Assembly (NCBI GenBank): GCA_013166775.1 | Contig: JABLTJ010000007.1 | Span: 32,001 to 96,000, forward strand | Origin: Promethearchaeati archaeon | Lineage (GTDB): Archaea > Asgardarchaeota > Heimdallarchaeia > Heimdallarchaeales > Heimdallarchaeaceae | Direction: 5' to 3' | Length of the DNA: 64,000 nucleotides | Shown here: positions 60,158 to 64,000 of the stretch, piece by piece | Position numbering within the stretch: position 1 is the stretch's first letter | Layout of the letters: each line of letters starts with the position of its first letter | Translations under genes and position numbers: made by a program | Notes under the pieces: model-generated | Databases searched by the model: none | What the model saw: the letters and a program-made list of their open reading frames with translations, nothing else | What the model was told of the DNA's origin: nothing

Positions 60158-60667
60158 TTGAAACTTTTAAAAAGTAAAACAACTTTGATTTCTGTTTTTA
60201 TAATTTTGTTACTAGTCTCTACATCAAGTTTTGGAGTACCTAAAGTTCAATATTCTAGTAACACTATATCTATCCTATACGATTCGTCAGATGATATAGC
60301 TAAATACACATCTAAGAAATCATTCAATATCATAGAAAAATATGGGTATCAATCAGTAGAAATCAATCCAATTCATAGTTTAACTGATTTCAAAAAAACA
60401 ATAGCAACAAATCCTTATATCTTAATCTTAATTTTTCATGGAGATAGAAATGGAATTCAAATAGGATCAAAGAAAATAGATTGGGAAGGATTAAGTAAAA
60501 TTCTAAAAAATATCAAAACAAAAAATATCATAATAGAAAGTTGTAGTTCTGATGAAGTAAAAAAATCTATGAATGAAGAAAAATATGAACATATCTTGAG
60601 GGAAGAATTTTTTTACTTTTCTTTTTGTAGATTATTTAATAATCTTTCAAGATATCCTTCAAATTGA
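60158..60667 (+). pseudogene. Truncated secreted protein with a caspase/clan CD-like His-Cys dyad
   Basis: Signal peptide; ILIFHG and IIIESC; the C-terminus runs into the antisense strand of the MarR gene. Confidence 0.5.
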
Positions 60668-61050
60668 TCAATCTCTTCTGAAGAAAAATCTTGATAGAAT
60701 AATTTCGTCATATCTTGTGAAACTGTAAGATACTTATTAGATAGATCTTTGCTTTTTTCAGTTAGAAAGATTAGAATTTTTCTTCTGTCATCCTCTGAAT
60801 GGACTCTTTTAATATGTCCCGACTCATCTAATCTATCTAACATTGATGTTAAAGTAGATTTACCAAGAGCAGTTTTTTGAGATAATTCTGCAATAGAAAT
60901 TCCATCCTTTCTCCATAGTGGGAAGAGGATTCTTCCTTGTGCTGAATTAATATCTATTTCATGATCTGCAAGTAATTTAGTAAAGATTCGATTAGATAAC
61001 TGATGAATCTTTGATATAAGATAGCCACCTTTTCTTTGATGTTTCATCAT
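60613..61050 (-). CDS. MarR family transcriptional regulator
   Basis: QGRILFPLW..ELSQKTALGKSTLTSMLDRL...DDRRKILIFLTEK. Confidence 0.93.
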   Translation of the reverse strand: MMKHQRKGGYLISKIHQLSNRIFTKLLADHEIDINSAQGRILFPLWRKDGISIAELSQKTALGKSTLTSMLDRLDESGHIKRVHSEDDRRKILIFLTEKSKDLSNKYLTVSQDMTKLFYQDFSSEEIDQFEGYLERLLNNLQKEK

Positions 61051-61074
61051 CTACCACTAATATTTTCTATATTA

Positions 61075-61551
61075 TCAATCTAAACTTTCTGGTATAAGAA
61101 AATTAACGTTAATTGGGCTTTTGTAATAATTCCCATATTGTGCAACAAAATGCAATACGGTGTAATCAGGATCATCAGCTCCAAGTGGATAGTATTTTTC
61201 ACAATCGTCATTCCATAACATTTTTCTTGATTCAGAATCTCTTTTGATTTCAATTCTACCTACTAACATTAAACCTTCCCAAGTTTCAAAATCAACAAAA
61301 TATACACAGGATTTATCATTCATCTTAAATTGGTTTACTCTCTTTGAGGAAGTGTTTGTACTAAACCAAATTTCCTTTAAATCATTATATTTTGCATTTA
61401 TCATTGCTTTGATATTTGGAAAACTATCACTACCTATTGAACCTACTAGCGCAATACCACTCCGCTCTACTAATGATCTAGATTTTTCTATAGCTTCTTT
61501 CATTTGCTCTCCTTTTTTCATAATAATCACAACATGTTCTATACAATACAT
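61075..61551 (-). CDS. Pyridoxamine 5'-phosphate oxidase-like (general stress protein 26) family
   Basis: FPNIKAM, WFSTNTSSKR, YYPLGADDPDY; true start probably 61521 or 61503. Confidence 0.85.
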   Translation of the reverse strand: MYCIEHVVIIMKKGEQMKEAIEKSRSLVERSGIALVGSIGSDSFPNIKAMINAKYNDLKEIWFSTNTSSKRVNQFKMNDKSCVYFVDFETWEGLMLVGRIEIKRDSESRKMLWNDDCEKYYPLGADDPDYTVLHFVAQYGNYYKSPINVNFLIPESLD

Positions 61552-61554
61552 TAC

Positions 61555-61584
61555 TATATAGGACTATATTATATCGAACTATAT
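61555..61584. promoter_or_regulatory. Tandem 15-bp repeat TATATAGGACTATAT / TATATCGAACTATAT, probable MarR operator
   Basis: 13/15 identical; first copy nearly palindromic; upstream of the PNPOx-MarR pair. Confidence 0.5.
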
Positions 61585-61625
61585 AAGTTTTTCTCAAAAG
61601 GTAGATAGTTAGAAAGACTCAGACC

Positions 61626-62432
61626 TTAGATACTTTTGAAATCTTCAAGTCCAAATGCGTTCTCTATAAGATCAATCAGTCGAGCACTAAATCTAGTTGC
61701 AGGAGCTCCATCAACCATTTCATGATCTATTTTAATTGTAAGATTTAGAAAATCTCGATTTAACAATTTACCATCATAAATCCTTGGTTTTTTAGATATA
61801 CCTCCAATAATGATTATAACTGGTAAGAATCCTAAGTTCACCCCCCATCCGCTTGTACCTTTACCAAACATTCCAATTGAAACTAAATTGATGGTTCCAG
61901 ATATTTTTTTCAAGTAGAAGGGATTCTTTTTTACTTTTCTCCAAAAAATAAGGTTTCTTATAGGACGAGGAAGCTTGTAGAGCGTATCGAATCGTTTTCT
62001 TGAGATCTGTGTGGAATATTTCTCGTCTTTTTCCTTTTGAAGCCCCCTGATTTCGTTATGAATTTCTCTTAAGCTTTTCGCATTTGACTTCCGTACAGTT
62101 AATGCTGTGGGAAATGGTTTCCCATCAATTATTTTTTCCACAGGAATCATTATATCTACATCATCAAAGATTATAACTTTTCTTCCCTTTCGAAGAGCAT
62201 GAACTTCTTTGTGCTCAAATACTGCTTGACCAATACATTTCGCAATAAAGGCGGTGAAAGATATAGTTTCACCAGTTTTTTCTTTATGGTTTTTGATAAG
62301 CTCACGGGATTTAGTAATATCTATTTCCGCATAACCTTCCATGAAAAATCTGTTTTTTGATAGCCTAACTACATCCTTAACTAAACTTCTTTTGAAAGGC
62401 AGTTCCTCGTAATTACCAGTATACTTATTCAT
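61626..62432 (-). CDS. Stand-alone 2-oxo acid dehydrogenase E2-like acyltransferase catalytic domain
   Basis: DHEMVDGAPATRF (HxxxDG); no lipoyl domain. Confidence 0.88.
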   Translation of the reverse strand: MNKYTGNYEELPFKRSLVKDVVRLSKNRFFMEGYAEIDITKSRELIKNHKEKTGETISFTAFIAKCIGQAVFEHKEVHALRKGRKVIIFDDVDIMIPVEKIIDGKPFPTALTVRKSNAKSLREIHNEIRGLQKEKDEKYSTQISRKRFDTLYKLPRPIRNLIFWRKVKKNPFYLKKISGTINLVSIGMFGKGTSGWGVNLGFLPVIIIIGGISKKPRIYDGKLLNRDFLNLTIKIDHEMVDGAPATRFSARLIDLIENAFGLEDFKSI

Positions 62433-62504
62433 TAGGAATTAAAAAAAATCAGTTTTTATTAACTTTACTGTTTTTTCATAAAAAAAACGCTTTTTTCACA
62501 CATT

Positions 62505-63536
62505 TTGTTTGTTGACGGAAAAATCTTTAACTTCAAGAAGATATTATTGTATGCAATGAAGAAAGAAACTCAATCATGGACAAATATTCTAAAATACATG
62601 ATTGGAAAACCTAAAACCACTTCATTGGCAATTCTGTATCCTATTTCCAGAACTAAACTAGCAACGACTATCAGTGATGCTGCTTTAAAAATTGATCTGA
62701 AAGCAATTAAATTAGAAGTAAATCCAGCAAAAGATTTTGAAACTGTCCCTCAAAATCTAGCATCTATACTAGATAATCTAACCGAAGATGATTTTTTAAT
62801 TGTTATAAGAGGGGACAATTTCATAAATAAAATGAAACTAAATAATCATTTCAATACTTTCAGTGGTTTAATTAATAGTAAGGCTAGAAGCCTTGTTCTG
62901 CATATGTTAATCGATGCTAAGAATCTTACTTTTCTCTCCGATATAGATTATGAAGAGCTTATATCTTACACAAACACTTTAAAAACGAAATTAGAAAATT
63001 TCAAGAAAGTTAGAATTCAAACTCCTATTGGAACTGATCTCAAATTTTATCCAAGAAAATGGAGTACACTGCCAATAAAACCAAATGATGAGATAAAAAA
63101 CGGAATGCTACCTGCAGGGCAGTTATTTACAACTCCAATTGAATCTAGATCAAATGGGACAATCGTCATTGATAGATGTGTAAGCGAATTCCCAATTGAT
63201 TTCAAAGATATTATCCCCTTTCCAAAAATCGAAAACGAACTGATATTGGAAATAGAAAAGGGAAGAATTGTTAAGACTGAAGGAAAACAAGAAGCAGATT
63301 TTCTAAAAAACGAATGTTTAGCAAGAGTTGATTACAATGGATACACTCTTGGAGAGGTTACTTTTGGTACAAATCCAAATAAGAGCTTAGAGAACAATAT
63401 TGCTATTCAAGAGGTCTTAAGAGACACAATTCACTTTGGATTTGGATTAAATACACATTTAGGTGGAGATACAGTTTCGAATGTCCACTGGGATGCAGTA
63501 ATAGAATTCGATCACGATGAAATAGAATATTACTAA
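62505..63536 (+). CDS. M29 / thermophilic aminopeptidase-like metalloprotein
   Basis: GTDLKF, LPAGQLF, LGEVTFGTN, TIHFGFG, SNVHWD; start may be the ATG at 62556. Confidence 0.75.
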   Translation: MFVDGKIFNFKKILLYAMKKETQSWTNILKYMIGKPKTTSLAILYPISRTKLATTISDAALKIDLKAIKLEVNPAKDFETVPQNLASILDNLTEDDFLIVIRGDNFINKMKLNNHFNTFSGLINSKARSLVLHMLIDAKNLTFLSDIDYEELISYTNTLKTKLENFKKVRIQTPIGTDLKFYPRKWSTLPIKPNDEIKNGMLPAGQLFTTPIESRSNGTIVIDRCVSEFPIDFKDIIPFPKIENELILEIEKGRIVKTEGKQEADFLKNECLARVDYNGYTLGEVTFGTNPNKSLENNIAIQEVLRDTIHFGFGLNTHLGGDTVSNVHWDAVIEFDHDEIEYY

Positions 63537-63542
63537 ATTGTG

Positions 63543-63890
63543 TTAAAAGTCGATATCAGGTCTTCTTTCAGGAATCATTTCTATTGGTTTTGAAAAATCA
63601 AATTTTGCATCAAAGTAAAGAGCACAATAACACCTTCCAAATTCAGAAATATCAGGTTCAGCGTAATCACAAGGACAGACAATATCGCGATCCATTTTAA
63701 AATCTTCAAATGTATCTCTGCATGGACAATTATAATATCCAACATTGTTAAAATACCTGGTTAGTCCATCTATTAACATGTCTAAAGTACCATCAGCATT
63801 ATTATGGAGAATCCATCCTCTTGTTGAAGCAACTCTTTTGATATAGTCTAGTGTGTTTTCTAGAGTTTTTTCATGGTTCATATTCATCAA
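63543..63890 (-). CDS. Ferredoxin:thioredoxin reductase catalytic subunit
   Basis: CPCR, CPC, CYC motifs, IPERR. Confidence 0.9.
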   Translation of the reverse strand: MMNMNHEKTLENTLDYIKRVASTRGWILHNNADGTLDMLIDGLTRYFNNVGYYNCPCRDTFEDFKMDRDIVCPCDYAEPDISEFGRCYCALYFDAKFDFSKPIEMIPERRPDIDF

Positions 63891-63893
63891 CTT

Positions 63894-64000
63894 CTATTCC
63901 AATATTTCTTTCCAGTTGTCAATATTAAAACCAGCATAGAAATCTTTGCCATTTACTACTAAAAAAGGATATCTTATCATTGTATTGAAGAACTCTCGTA
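63894..64000 (-). CDS. Glutaredoxin-like protein, C-terminal fragment (runs off window end)
   Basis: REFFNTMIRYPFLVVNGKDFYAGFNIDNWKEILE*; adjacent to FTR, a common pairing. Confidence 0.7.
   Translation of the reverse strand, partial: REFFNTMIRYPFLVVNGKDFYAGFNIDNWKEILE

Noticed and set aside
1-64000. tRNA, rRNA, CRISPR arrays, IS elements, prophage genes
   Set aside because: No GC-rich structured RNA islands, repeat-spacer arrays, transposases or integrases were recognised by eye; tRNAscan-SE/Infernal would be needed to exclude small RNAs

Overview
AT-rich (roughly 30% GC by eye), gene-dense archaeal chromosomal region. The gene content points to an Asgard archaeon, most likely Heimdallarchaeia-like (inference): longin and longin/DENN-like proteins, a membrane-anchored RING finger, a PARP-type zinc finger, HEAT/TPR proteins, and secreted proteins ending in a TM helix plus basic tail. 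Most ORFs are housekeeping or peptide/amino-acid/glycan scavenging enzymes: a GH38 mannosidase, S8, M1, M28, M29 and TldD/E peptidases, aminotransferases, ornithine cyclodeaminase, CoA-disulfide reductase, ABC/MFS/MMPL transporters and several GNATs. No rRNA, tRNA, CRISPR array, transposase or integrase was recognised. Four things stand out. (i) Eukaryote-like proteins: a longin-DENN protein, a longin with a Cys cluster, a TM-Zn-ribbon-RING protein and a zf-PARP. (ii) A pair of paralogous, uncharacterised Zn-binding proteins. (iii) A probably inactive M28 peptidase homologue and a truncated secreted caspase-fold domain. (iv) Several unannotated surface-protein remnants in the intergenic DNA, including a signal peptide directly abutting a C-terminal anchor with the passenger domain missing. 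All assignments come from motif recognition by eye; no database searches were run.
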